A stretch of DNA of 32,000 nucleotides from Moraxella nasicaprae (lineage in GTDB: Bacteria > Pseudomonadota > Gammaproteobacteria > Pseudomonadales > Moraxellaceae): positions 1,380,001 to 1,412,000 of the forward strand of contig NZ_CP089977.1 of the NCBI RefSeq assembly GCF_025643275.1, in the 5' to 3' direction. Positions 9,602 to 18,406 of this stretch are shown here, piece after piece. The notes under the pieces are model-generated. The model was given only the letters and a program-made list of their open reading frames with translations, was not told where the DNA came from and made no database searches. The translations under genes and the position numbers were made by a program. Each line of letters opens with the position of its first letter. Within the stretch, counting starts at the first letter, position 1.

Positions 9602-9616
9602 CAAAAGAGAAATTTT

Positions 9617-10780
9617 ATGAAAAACTTACTTCCTTCCACTTGGCAATCGCCAAGCTTAGATGGTATCAACACCGATGGCAAATGGCTGATACCGCCCATC
9701 GTGGATTTGTGCGGGCGTTTGCGTGAACCAGGACATCAGTCGCACGGTACGCTTGCCAGCGAGGGTAAGGCTGCCCGCTCTAATGGTATTTTGCACATCG
9801 TACTGCCACCAGATACTGACCCAATTTTACAAAGTGGTTCTTTGCTCAAAGGGCTAAGAGAAAAAGCGTATCAAGATGGCGGTATCTATCTGCATATCTT
9901 GGGTGCTTTGACCCAAGATTTAAAAGGTGAGCAGCCTGCCAATTTGGCAGGTCTAAAACAAGGCGGGGCGATTGCGGTCAGTAACGCCAATCGTGGTTTT
10001 GCCAATGACATGGTGCTACTGCGTACACTAGAATATGCCGCTACTTTTGATTTAAAAGTGTTCTTTTATCCTGATGAGCCAAGTTTATCAAAAGGTGGTG
10101 TGGCTCACGAGGGTTATATTGCGTCTTTTCACGGACTGCAAGGCATTCCTTGGCTTGCTGAAACCATCGCATTATCCAAGCAACTGCTGATGGTGGAAGA
10201 AACAGGGCTGACCGCTCATTTTAGCCAAATTACCTGCCGCACTTCGGTGGAGCTTATCCGCTGGGCGAAACAAAAGGGCTTGCCAATCACTTGTGATGTG
10301 GCGATGCACCAACTTCATCTGACCGATGATGATATCGAGGGTTATAATGCCAACGCCTATGTACTGCCACCGCTTCGCTCTAATACCGACCAGCAGGCAC
10401 TCATCAAGGGCTTGCAAGATGGTACGATTGATGCGATTTGTAGCCATCATGAACCATTGTCATCATCAGCAAAACAAGCACCATTTGCTGAGTGTACCGC
10501 TGGCATCAGCAATTTTGATACTTTTGTGTCATTGGGCTGCAAACTTGTGGCGGACGGTCTTTTGACTGCCGAGCAGTTGGTCGAAAAAATTTGTACAGCT
10601 CCTGCTAAGATTGCAGGTATTAGCGATTATGAAAAAATTGGCGGAGCGGTACTGATTGACCCAAATCAGAGCTGGACAGTGACCAAAGATGCCATGCTAT
10701 CGGCAGGCAAAAATACACCATTTATGGGTCAAACTTTGTATGGCAAGGTGGTACAAAGTTATTTTGATGCCATCGAATGA
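9617..10780 (+). CDS. pyrC': Dihydroorotase-like protein, predicted non-catalytic (PyrC' type, ATCase structural partner)
   Basis: Amidohydrolase/DHOase fold signatures are present, but the zinc motif D-x-H-x-H-LREPG reads DLCGRLREPG (residues 30-39), and the SDHAPH block reads SHHEPL. Confidence 0.8.
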   Translation: MKNLLPSTWQSPSLDGINTDGKWLIPPIVDLCGRLREPGHQSHGTLASEGKAARSNGILHIVLPPDTDPILQSGSLLKGLREKAYQDGGIYLHILGALTQDLKGEQPANLAGLKQGGAIAVSNANRGFANDMVLLRTLEYAATFDLKVFFYPDEPSLSKGGVAHEGYIASFHGLQGIPWLAETIALSKQLLMVEETGLTAHFSQITCRTSVELIRWAKQKGLPITCDVAMHQLHLTDDDIEGYNANAYVLPPLRSNTDQQALIKGLQDGTIDAICSHHEPLSSSAKQAPFAECTAGISNFDTFVSLGCKLVADGLLTAEQLVEKICTAPAKIAGISDYEKIGGAVLIDPNQSWTVTKDAMLSAGKNTPFMGQTLYGKVVQSYFDAIE

Positions 10781-10790
10781 TTGTGTGATT

Positions 10791-10837
10791 AAAAAAACCG
10801 CTTGATGATTTGATGGAATCATACAAACGGTTTTTTA
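10791..10837 (+). terminator. Intrinsic terminator after pyrC'
   Basis: Long imperfect hairpin AAACCGCTTGATGATT...AATCATACAAACGGTTT followed by TTTTTTATT. Confidence 0.6.
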
Positions 10838-10849
10838 TTGCTTGAATCA

Positions 10850-10884
10850 TAAAAAACGACCGCAAAATACGGTCGTCTTTTATT
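10850..10884 (-). terminator. Intrinsic terminator of the outer-membrane protein gene
   Basis: Stem ACGACCG (10856-10862) / CGGTCGT (10870-10876). On the minus strand it is followed by TTTTTTATGATT. Confidence 0.7.
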
Positions 10885-10912
10885 TTAAGAACTTAATGAA
10901 TCGATGCGTCAA

Positions 10913-11446
10913 TTAGAAAGCAAAATGTGCACCCAAGCTTAGCATCTTAGCATCTGATGATAGGTAGTTATAACCTGCTTCGATGCCAAAGTTGTTGTTT
11001 GGTTTGTAACCAAGAGCCACACCGCCAGCAACGCCTGTGGTGTCAGTGGTGCTGGTGTAGTTGCCAGACTTACTGTTCACATCAGTTTCAGTTTTGGCAA
11101 CACCCAATTTGCCTTTGGCGTAGATTGGAGTGTTGTTGAAGTTGTAACGATAAGTACCGTAAGCACCGTAGCTTTTGGTTTTGCCTTCTAGGTTGGTGTC
11201 GAAGTCTTTTTTGTCAGAACCGATAAATTCAGCTTCTACGCCCAAACGCTCATCGAAGTTGTAACCGCCATAAACGCCATAAGCGGTGGTTTTTTCATTC
11301 ACTTGGTCTGCATCGATTTGACCAACTTTCACACCAACATAGGCTTGTGAACCAGCGGTTGAGCCATAGCTGATGGCGGCGTTTGCACCTGTTGCTAGTA
11401 GGGCAGATGCAGATAGAGCAAGTAGTGATTTTTGTAGAGTTTTCAT
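10913..11446 (-). CDS. Small outer-membrane beta-barrel protein (8-stranded OmpX/OmpA-barrel-like)
   Basis: Signal peptide MKTLQKSLLALSASALLATGANA, alternating-hydrophobicity strands rich in G/Y/T, and an aromatic C-terminus GAHFAF. The SD (AGGAGA) is strong. Confidence 0.75.
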   Translation of the reverse strand: MKTLQKSLLALSASALLATGANAAISYGSTAGSQAYVGVKVGQIDADQVNEKTTAYGVYGGYNFDERLGVEAEFIGSDKKDFDTNLEGKTKSYGAYGTYRYNFNNTPIYAKGKLGVAKTETDVNSKSGNYTSTTDTTGVAGGVALGYKPNNNFGIEAGYNYLSSDAKMLSLGAHFAF

Positions 11447-11970
11447 CGTATTCTCCTGTTTTGTTAAAATCAGCAGTTAAAGTGCTGTTTGAAGTGATGG
11501 AGTTATAGTAACAAAATATTTCATACTGACTGTTCGTGTTTGATGAGTAATGTGTAAAGTTTTGTAAAATTTACCAAAACATCAGCCATATTTTTCAAAA
11601 AATTGCGAGAAAATGTTTCAATTCTATCTAAAAGCCCTTTATTTTTCGCTAATATTAGCCAGCTGACAGTCTGATTTTGATAAAAATTAGCCAAATGGTC
11701 AATATTTGTTCGTTGATTGGGGTTAAATTTGCCCAATGATTCAATAGTTGATAAAAAATGATGAAAAATTTGCCGAACCTGTGCCAAGATTGTGTACAAT
11801 GAACAAAAACAGTCATTGATTTTTGATTAAATTTTGTACAAAATATGCTTTTGTTACAGAATTTGCCACATTTTGCACCGATTCATCAAGATGTTACTGA
11901 GCATTTTTATTTGATGAGAGTGAATGATGAGTTGTTTTTGGGTCATTTAGCCAGTCATAAGGAGTCAGCC

Positions 11971-12642
11971 ATGCAGCCAACCCCAAAAAAAGTTTTGATT
12001 TTTGATTTGGACGGGACTTTGATTGATAGCGTGCCTGATTTGGCGGCAGCAATCAATCAGATGCTTGCCAAGTTTGAGTTGCCACTGGCATCTGTCGAGG
12101 CAGTGCGTGGCTGGGTGGGGAATGGCTCGCTGGTGTTGGTGGAGCGTGCTTTGTTGGCGATGGGTGGTCAGCTGGCGATGCTTGATGAAGCACACGAGAT
12201 TTTTTTGGCACAATATGCTGATTGTGCCAGTCAAGAGACGGTGGCGTATGCTGGCGTGAATGAGGGGCTTAATCGGTTGTTGGCGGCAGGATTTCGGTTG
12301 AATATTGCCACGAACAAGCCTGAGCGATTTTTGCCAGCCTTATTGACGCATTTAGGCTGGCAGGATAAGTTTGATTTGGTGCTGGGTGGCGATAGTCTAT
12401 CAGCAAAAAAACCAGACCCAATGCAGCTGACTTATATTTGTCAAAGACTGGGCTACACGATTGATGAGTGTGTGATGATTGGCGATTCAAAGAATGACAT
12501 CATGGCAGGTCAAGCAGCTGGCATGAGTACGCTGGCATTGCGATATGGCTATAATTATGGCGAGCCAATCGATGCGTCCAATCCCACCCAAGCATTCGAT
12601 GACTTTGATGGCTTGGTGGCGTTTATTTTGACATTGGCTTGA
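11971..12642 (+). CDS. gph: Phosphoglycolate phosphatase (HAD superfamily)
   Basis: HAD motif I is FDLDGTLIDS and motif IV is GDSKNDI. I moved the start to ATG 11971, behind AAGGAG (11959-11964); the track ORF from 11845 adds 42 AT-rich codons. Confidence 0.8.
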   Translation: MQPTPKKVLIFDLDGTLIDSVPDLAAAINQMLAKFELPLASVEAVRGWVGNGSLVLVERALLAMGGQLAMLDEAHEIFLAQYADCASQETVAYAGVNEGLNRLLAAGFRLNIATNKPERFLPALLTHLGWQDKFDLVLGGDSLSAKKPDPMQLTYICQRLGYTIDECVMIGDSKNDIMAGQAAGMSTLALRYGYNYGEPIDASNPTQAFDDFDGLVAFILTLA

Positions 12643-12687
12643 TGGTTTGAGCGGTTGCCATCAAGATAAAATCCGTGCAGTCATCGC

Positions 12688-14193
12688 TTATCGGTAGCTG
12701 AGTGCTTCGGCAAGATGTGTGCTACTAATTTCATCAGCGTCCGCCAAGTCAGCAATCGTACGAGCCACTCGCAAAATGCGATGATAGCTACGAGCTGAGA
12801 GATTGAGCCGAGCTTGTGCCAGTTTGAGCATCTTTTGTTGGTCAGGTTGTAAGATGGCAATGCAATCAAGTTCAGCAGGGGAGAGCTGGGCGTTGGTTTT
12901 TTGTTGTCTGCTTAGCTGTTTTTGATGGGCTTGAATGACCCGTTGTCGGACGATTGACGAACTTTCGCCAACAGGAGCATTTTGCAGGTCATCGATGGGT
13001 ACGGCTGGTACATGAATGTGCAAATCAATGCGGTCAAGTAATGGACCTGAGATTTTATCTTGGTAGCGTTTGATTTGTTCAGGACGGCAATGACAGCGGT
13101 CTGTGCCATCGCCATGATAACCACAAGGACAAGGATTCATTGCAGCGATGAGTTGAAAATCAGCAGGGAAAGCGACCTGACTGTTGGCACGACTGATGAT
13201 GATTTCTTTGGATTCGATGGGTTGTCTGAGCGTTTCTAAGGTTTTTCGGTCAAACTCTGGTAATTCGTCCAAAAATAGAACGCCATGATGAGCAAGGCTA
13301 ATCTCGCCAGGCTTAGGTCGTGAACCGCCGCCAACCAATGCCACTGCTGAGATGGTGTGATGACAGGGGCGAAATGGGCGTTCACCAAAAGTGTATGGCA
13401 CGCCTGCAATCGAATAAATGCTGGCAACTTCTAGGGCTTCTTCATCATCTAGGGGTGGTAAAATGCTGGGCAGGCGAGATGCCATCAAGGTTTTACCAGA
13501 ACCAGGCGAGCCTGTAAAAAGCAGCGAATGCCCACCAGCAGCGGCAATCTCTAAGGCTCTTCTGGCGTGATGTTGCCCCTTGACATCGGATAAATCAAGT
13601 GGATATTTTGGTGTGCTGTGTTCTATTGTCACAGTCGTGGCGGTTAAAAGATTTGCTTGATTGGCATTGATGCCGCTGATGACATCAAGATGCTGGCAGA
13701 CAGCTGTTAGGTTGGTTGCTCCTAATACCGTGATTTGCCCAACTTTGGCAGCTTCGATGGCGTTATCTGTGGGCAAAATTAACGAACGGTTGTCTGATGA
13801 ATTTTTGATGGCACGAGCGATGGATAATGCCCCTGTGATGTCTCGCAAATCGCCATTAAGTGCCAATTCTCCAACAAACTCAAAGTTATCTAAGACTGTT
13901 TCATCAATCTGACCGCTGGCGGCCAAAATACCAAGTGCAATCGGCAAATCCAGCCGTGACCCTTCTTTTGGGACATCAGCTGGGGCAAGATTGATGGTAA
14001 GGCGGCGGTTTGGAAAGTCAAATCCTGAATTTAAGATGGCAGAACGCACCCTGTCTTTGCTTTCTCGAACCGATGCTTCTGGTAAGCCAACGATGGTCAA
14101 GGCGGGTAATCCTTGTGATAGATGTACTTCGACCACCACTTGTGGGGCGTGCAAACCCACCACAGAACGAGTATGAATTTTGGCAAATGACAT
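12688..14193 (-). CDS. comM: Mg-chelatase-like AAA+ protein YifB/ComM
   Basis: Walker A GSPGSGKT, Walker B VLFLDELPEF, and the Cys cluster NPCPCGYHGDGTDRCHC. The start is taken at ATG 14193 (MSFAKIHTRSV) behind AAGGA. Confidence 0.9.
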   Translation of the reverse strand: MSFAKIHTRSVVGLHAPQVVVEVHLSQGLPALTIVGLPEASVRESKDRVRSAILNSGFDFPNRRLTINLAPADVPKEGSRLDLPIALGILAASGQIDETVLDNFEFVGELALNGDLRDITGALSIARAIKNSSDNRSLILPTDNAIEAAKVGQITVLGATNLTAVCQHLDVISGINANQANLLTATTVTIEHSTPKYPLDLSDVKGQHHARRALEIAAAGGHSLLFTGSPGSGKTLMASRLPSILPPLDDEEALEVASIYSIAGVPYTFGERPFRPCHHTISAVALVGGGSRPKPGEISLAHHGVLFLDELPEFDRKTLETLRQPIESKEIIISRANSQVAFPADFQLIAAMNPCPCGYHGDGTDRCHCRPEQIKRYQDKISGPLLDRIDLHIHVPAVPIDDLQNAPVGESSSIVRQRVIQAHQKQLSRQQKTNAQLSPAELDCIAILQPDQQKMLKLAQARLNLSARSYHRILRVARTIADLADADEISSTHLAEALSYR

Positions 14194-14257
14194 GGTAAAT
14201 CCTTTTTTCTTGACAACAAGAGTGCTTATCATTGCCAACTTTGGGTAAATTGTCAAG

Positions 14258-14297
14258 AAAAAACGCAGTAAAACTTGATGGCTTTACTGCGTTTTTT
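14258..14297 (-). terminator. Intrinsic terminator of rapA
   Basis: Perfect 10-bp stem ACGCAGTAAA (14263-14272) / TTTACTGCGT (14283-14292) with A/T extensions. It lies 6 nt beyond the rapA stop. Confidence 0.75.
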
Positions 14298-14303
14298 GTA
14301 CAA

Positions 14304-17171
14304 TCAATCAGGCTGTACCGTCACCAATACTCGAATACTGTCAGGCACGAGTGATAGCTGACCCAAGGCGTGCAAACCTTGCTCTTTAAGCTTAACTAGG
14401 CTACTAATTTCATCATCTCGCACATTGGGATTGATGGCTTGCAATCGTTGCAAACGCCCAATTTCTTTATCAAAATAATCTGCAAATTGTCCGCTGGCTT
14501 GTTTGCTAATCATTTCAAGCTGCTCTTGGGCAAGTTGTTTGGCACGAGCTGTTTGAGTGTCAATGATATTGGCACGAGCTTTGGTGACTTGTCTGGCACG
14601 AGCTTTATCCAGTCGTTCGATGAGTGGCAGGATTTTTTCGCTGGTGGCGATTTTGCTCAAATCATCGCCTCGCTCACTCAAAAAGACTCGCAGACTTTGC
14701 TGAGGCAGATAGGCTGATAGGTTTAGTTGTTTGCTGGCAATGGCTTCGATGCGAAATTGGTTTTCGATGAGGAGCATGCCTTTGGGCAGGGCGGCAGATT
14801 TAAGCAGTGCCACTTGGGTATTGCCAAAAGTACCAGACAGCACCATTTCCAAAATCGCCTGCACAAATGGGTGTTCGTAAGTCATGTATTCAATGTCTTC
14901 ACGAGCCAATGCCTGCTTGCGGTCAAAGGTCAAGGTCATGCCATCTTCATCAATCGGCAAACTTTCAATGCCAGCAATGTCCACCTCTGATGCATCAATG
15001 GGATGAACAATCCAAGTCCCATCTCGTTGGATGCTATAATCCATACCAACTGCGGTCAGATAGTTATCTAAGAAGACAGGCAGTAGTTTATTGGTATCAA
15101 GCTCATGCATCGCATCGGCAATGCGATTGGCGACATTGGGACGGCAAGAATTGTATTCTAGCAGTCGGTCTCGCCCAGCTTGTAACTCTGCTTCAAGCTC
15201 TTGGCGGTGCAAAGAACCATCGGCAATCAGCTGGGAGAGGGCTTCTTGGTTGTCAGGCGTGGTAGGGCTTTCTAGCAAAGGTTTTAGCTGTGCGATGAAT
15301 GCCTCTTGGACGGCTTGGGCGGTCGGGCTGATTTGATGAAAGATATTCAATGCACCATCGTACCAGTTGTACAGTCGCTCTTGGGCAGTACCCATCACAA
15401 ATGGCACATGCAGGTTGATTTGGGCAATTTGTCCAATACGGTCTAATCGTCCGATGCGTTGTTCTAGGGTGTCAGGATTGGCTGGTAAATCAAACAAAAT
15501 CAAATCTTGGACAAACTGAAAATTACGCCCCTCAGAACCAATCTCTGAGCATAGCAAAATTTGAGCCCCAGCATCATCAGCAAAATATGCCGCTGCTTGG
15601 TCTCGTTCAAGTAGGCTCATCTGTTCAGTAAAGATGGCGGTTTTGATGCCAGCGTGCAGGCGTAACACCGCTTCTAGACTTTCGATGGTTGCACCACTTC
15701 GAGCGATGAGCAGGGCTTTTTTATGCTTTAAGGTGTCTTTGAGGAGATTGATGAGCCAGTTTACTCGTGGGTCGGTTTCTAACCAGCTGCCATCTGGATA
15801 ATTTTCCTCGCCCCACAGCTGTTCTCTTAGTTTGCCATTGACATAGTGGCTATTTTTCCATGCGTCTGGTAGGGGTAGTGGGTAGGGAATGCTGGTACGA
15901 CCGTGAAAGCCTTGTACGCTATCACGAGTATTGCGAAACAACACTCGCCCTGTGCCATGTCTGTCTAGCAGTTCGTTGATGATGTGTGTTCTTAGGCGGT
16001 CATTGGCGTTGATGTCGGCAATCTGAGCCTCTTCAAAGCCTAATAAACCTGCTACTGCACGAATTTGTTTATCGCTTAGTTCTTGACCATCGATGAGTAA
16101 AGTTGCCACCATTGCCACATCGGCAAACGCATCCTGTGCTGCAATAAAATCGTCCAAATCATCAAAGCGGTGCGAATCAAGCAATCTTAGGCGAGCAAAA
16201 TGACTGTCAATACCAAGCTGCTCTGGTGTTGCAGTTAGAAGTAGCACGCCTGCGGTATTGGTAGCAAAGTCTGCCACCAGCTCGTATTTATCATTACCGC
16301 CTTGTGCTTCATCCCATTGCAGATGATGAGCCTCGTCCACCACCAACAGGTCAAATCCTGCGGCATAGGCTTGCTCGTATAGGTCATGATGGTCAAGCAA
16401 CAGGTCAATGCCAGCAATGATGAATTGTTCGGTCAAAAAGACATTTTGGTCAGGATTGTGTTCTTTGATGGAGGCGGTACGCACCAAGTCAAATAAGGCA
16501 AAATCCAGATTAAAGCGGCGTTTTAGCTCAATCATCCATTGGTATTGTAAGCTATCAGGCACAAGCACCAAGACACGACTGACTTTGCCAGTCAGGATTT
16601 GTTGGTGCATAATCAGACCAGCCTCGATGGTTTTGCCAAGTCCGACCTCATCTGCCAATAGCACTCGTGGAGCCAGTCGTTTGCCAACTTCGTGAGCGAT
16701 GTACAGCTGGTGCTTGATGATGTCCACTCTTGCCCCAATCAGACCACGCAATGGGTGCCTGCTTAGCATGGCTTGGATACGCAAGGCATCTTGGCGTAGA
16801 TTATACCAATCTGATGATTCAATCTGACCTGCCATCAGGCGTTCTAGTGGCTTGGCAAGCGTGATGTTTGCCGCCAGACGAGTTTCCATCAGGCTTTTGC
16901 CACAAGTCAAATGATAACGCATCACCCCAGAGATGTTCTCACAGCTTGCCACGGTGTGTAGATTGCCATCTTGGTCGGTGATGTTGTCACCAACCGAAAA
17001 AACGACACGAGACAGTAGGGCGGACGCTTTGGCATAGACCCGAGTTTCTTCGCTTTGGGGGAATAAGATATGCACGCAGCGTTCATCAACATTGATGACC
17101 ACGCCCAATCCCAAATTACTCTCGCTGTCAGAAAGATAACGCTGACCAATGGCAAAATTTTCGTTCATCAT
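14304..17171 (-). CDS. rapA: RNA polymerase-associated SNF2-family ATPase RapA (HepA)
   Basis: Helicase motifs LLADEVGLGKTIEAG (I), LLVVDEAHHL (II), LLLTATPEQ (III), LLCSEIGSEGRNFQF and QRIGRLDRIGQ (VI). 955 aa. Confidence 0.93.
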   Translation of the reverse strand: MMNENFAIGQRYLSDSESNLGLGVVINVDERCVHILFPQSEETRVYAKASALLSRVVFSVGDNITDQDGNLHTVASCENISGVMRYHLTCGKSLMETRLAANITLAKPLERLMAGQIESSDWYNLRQDALRIQAMLSRHPLRGLIGARVDIIKHQLYIAHEVGKRLAPRVLLADEVGLGKTIEAGLIMHQQILTGKVSRVLVLVPDSLQYQWMIELKRRFNLDFALFDLVRTASIKEHNPDQNVFLTEQFIIAGIDLLLDHHDLYEQAYAAGFDLLVVDEAHHLQWDEAQGGNDKYELVADFATNTAGVLLLTATPEQLGIDSHFARLRLLDSHRFDDLDDFIAAQDAFADVAMVATLLIDGQELSDKQIRAVAGLLGFEEAQIADINANDRLRTHIINELLDRHGTGRVLFRNTRDSVQGFHGRTSIPYPLPLPDAWKNSHYVNGKLREQLWGEENYPDGSWLETDPRVNWLINLLKDTLKHKKALLIARSGATIESLEAVLRLHAGIKTAIFTEQMSLLERDQAAAYFADDAGAQILLCSEIGSEGRNFQFVQDLILFDLPANPDTLEQRIGRLDRIGQIAQINLHVPFVMGTAQERLYNWYDGALNIFHQISPTAQAVQEAFIAQLKPLLESPTTPDNQEALSQLIADGSLHRQELEAELQAGRDRLLEYNSCRPNVANRIADAMHELDTNKLLPVFLDNYLTAVGMDYSIQRDGTWIVHPIDASEVDIAGIESLPIDEDGMTLTFDRKQALAREDIEYMTYEHPFVQAILEMVLSGTFGNTQVALLKSAALPKGMLLIENQFRIEAIASKQLNLSAYLPQQSLRVFLSERGDDLSKIATSEKILPLIERLDKARARQVTKARANIIDTQTARAKQLAQEQLEMISKQASGQFADYFDKEIGRLQRLQAINPNVRDDEISSLVKLKEQGLHALGQLSLVPDSIRVLVTVQPD

Positions 17172-17379
17172 CTTAGGCTCTTATTTTATCGTTGTTGTCT
17201 TAACAAATCGTGCTTAACCAAACTATTTTACGCCAGTTTGTTGTTTTTCGCACTATTTTTCATGCAGTTATGGGGATTATTTTTATATTTTGTAGCTTTT
17301 TGGACGGTCATTTTGTTAAGATAAGGCGATTTTTACCCTTAATGCAAGACTGATTGTGATTTTTTGAACGGAGAAATTG

Positions 17380-18315
17380 ATGAAAGCGGTATTTTTGGAC
17401 GCTGGTACTTTTTCGCCATTGGTTGAACTGGTTCAGCCATCTGGTGTGTCTGATTATGTGGTGTATCCTGCCACCGCAGATGACCAAATCATCGAGCGTT
17501 GTTTTGATGCAGACATCATCATCACCAATAAAGTGGTATTGACGGCGGATATTATCCATGCCTTGCCAAATCTAAAACTGATTCAGCTGACCGCCACAGG
17601 CATGAATAATGTGGACGCACAGGCATGCCAAGAGCGAAATATCGCCTTGTATAATGTGGCTGGCTATTCGGTGGAGACCGTGCCTGAGCATACCTTTATG
17701 TTAATGCTGGCGGTGATGCGTGCCATCAAGCATTATCATACCAAGGCAAGCGATGGCAGTTGGCAGGCTGATGGTCGTTTTTGTTTGCTTGATGAGCCGA
17801 TTTTTGATTTGGCAGGCAGTACGCTTGGCATCGTTGGTGCAGGCAGTATTGGCAAAAAGGTCGGGCAAATCGCCACCGCTTTTGGTATGAAAGTTTTGTA
17901 TGCTGAGCGAGCAGGGCAAGCACCCAGAGCTGGCTATACCGCCTTTGATGAGGTGCTGGCAAATAGTGATGTTTTGGCATTGCACTGCCCATTGACTGAT
18001 GAGACGCATCATCTGATTAATGATGACACCATCGCCAAAATGCACAAAAAACCACTCATCATCAATGTCGCTCGTGGCGGTGTGGTTGATGGGGCAAGTA
18101 TTGTTCGAGCATTAAATCGTGAGCAGATTTTTGGTTATGCTTCTGATGTGTTTGAAAGCGAGCCGTTCGCTGATGACGACCCGTTGCTTAGCGTTGCCAA
18201 TCATCCACGAGTGCTATTCACGCCGCATAATGCTTGGGGTAGTGTTAAGGCACAGACGAAACTTTGGCAGATTCTATGCACGCAGGTGGAGGCATTCATC
18301 GCCAAGCAGCACTGA
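17380..18315 (+). CDS. D-isomer-specific 2-hydroxyacid dehydrogenase (glycerate dehydrogenase/hydroxypyruvate reductase-like)
   Basis: NAD fold GIVGAGSIGKKVG plus the blocks INVARGGVVD and FTPHNAWGS. ATG 17380 lies 5 nt after GGAGA; the track starts 3 nt earlier at TTG. Confidence 0.8.
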   Translation: MKAVFLDAGTFSPLVELVQPSGVSDYVVYPATADDQIIERCFDADIIITNKVVLTADIIHALPNLKLIQLTATGMNNVDAQACQERNIALYNVAGYSVETVPEHTFMLMLAVMRAIKHYHTKASDGSWQADGRFCLLDEPIFDLAGSTLGIVGAGSIGKKVGQIATAFGMKVLYAERAGQAPRAGYTAFDEVLANSDVLALHCPLTDETHHLINDDTIAKMHKKPLIINVARGGVVDGASIVRALNREQIFGYASDVFESEPFADDDPLLSVANHPRVLFTPHNAWGSVKAQTKLWQILCTQVEAFIAKQH

Positions 18316-18334
18316 TGTGTGTTTTTTATCTTTG

Positions 18335-18362
18335 AAAAAACCGTCCTTGTGGCGGTTGTTTG
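18335..18362 (+). terminator. Weak intrinsic terminator after the dehydrogenase gene
   Basis: AAAAAACCGTC-cttgt-GGCGGTT followed by GTTTGAT. The stem is short (about 7 bp including one G-U pair). Confidence 0.4.
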
Positions 18363-18370
18363 ATGAATAA

Positions 18371-18402
18371 AAAAAGACCCCTAAATCATCAGGGGTCTTT
18401 TT
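18371..18402 (-). terminator. Intrinsic terminator of tRNA-Phe copy 2
   Basis: 9-bp stem AAGACCCCT (18374-18382) / AGGGGTCTT (18391-18399). On the minus strand it is followed by TTTTTTATT. Confidence 0.75.
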
Positions 18403-18406
18403 GATA

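Noticed and set aside
8804-9612. Direct repeat AAGAGAAA (8804-8811 and 9605-9612) flanking the Sel1 gene, as a possible target-site duplication
   Set aside because: Both copies sit 4 nt upstream of an ATG, and AAGAGA precedes ORF79 at a similar 5-nt spacing (21815-21820). It is most simply the local Shine-Dalgarno variant, not an insertion scar.
11521-11799. 92-aa ORF in the AT-rich spacer upstream of the OMP gene
   Set aside because: It has only a TTG start and no SD, the next Met is residue 71, and its 3' end overlaps the likely OMP promoter. It is not reported as a feature and is kept only as a question inside the spacer finding.
12688-14193. comM as a target of AbaR-type resistance-island insertion
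   Set aside because: The reading frame is intact from start to stop, with Walker A/B motifs and the Cys cluster contiguous. No transposon ends or foreign DNA are present.
17198-17321. 10-bp inverted repeat TCTTAACAAA / TTTGTTAAGA, 104 bp apart in the rapA/dehydrogenase spacer, as possible MITE ends
   Set aside because: There is no flanking target duplication, no second copy elsewhere in the window, and a 10-mer match in AT-rich DNA is within chance expectation.
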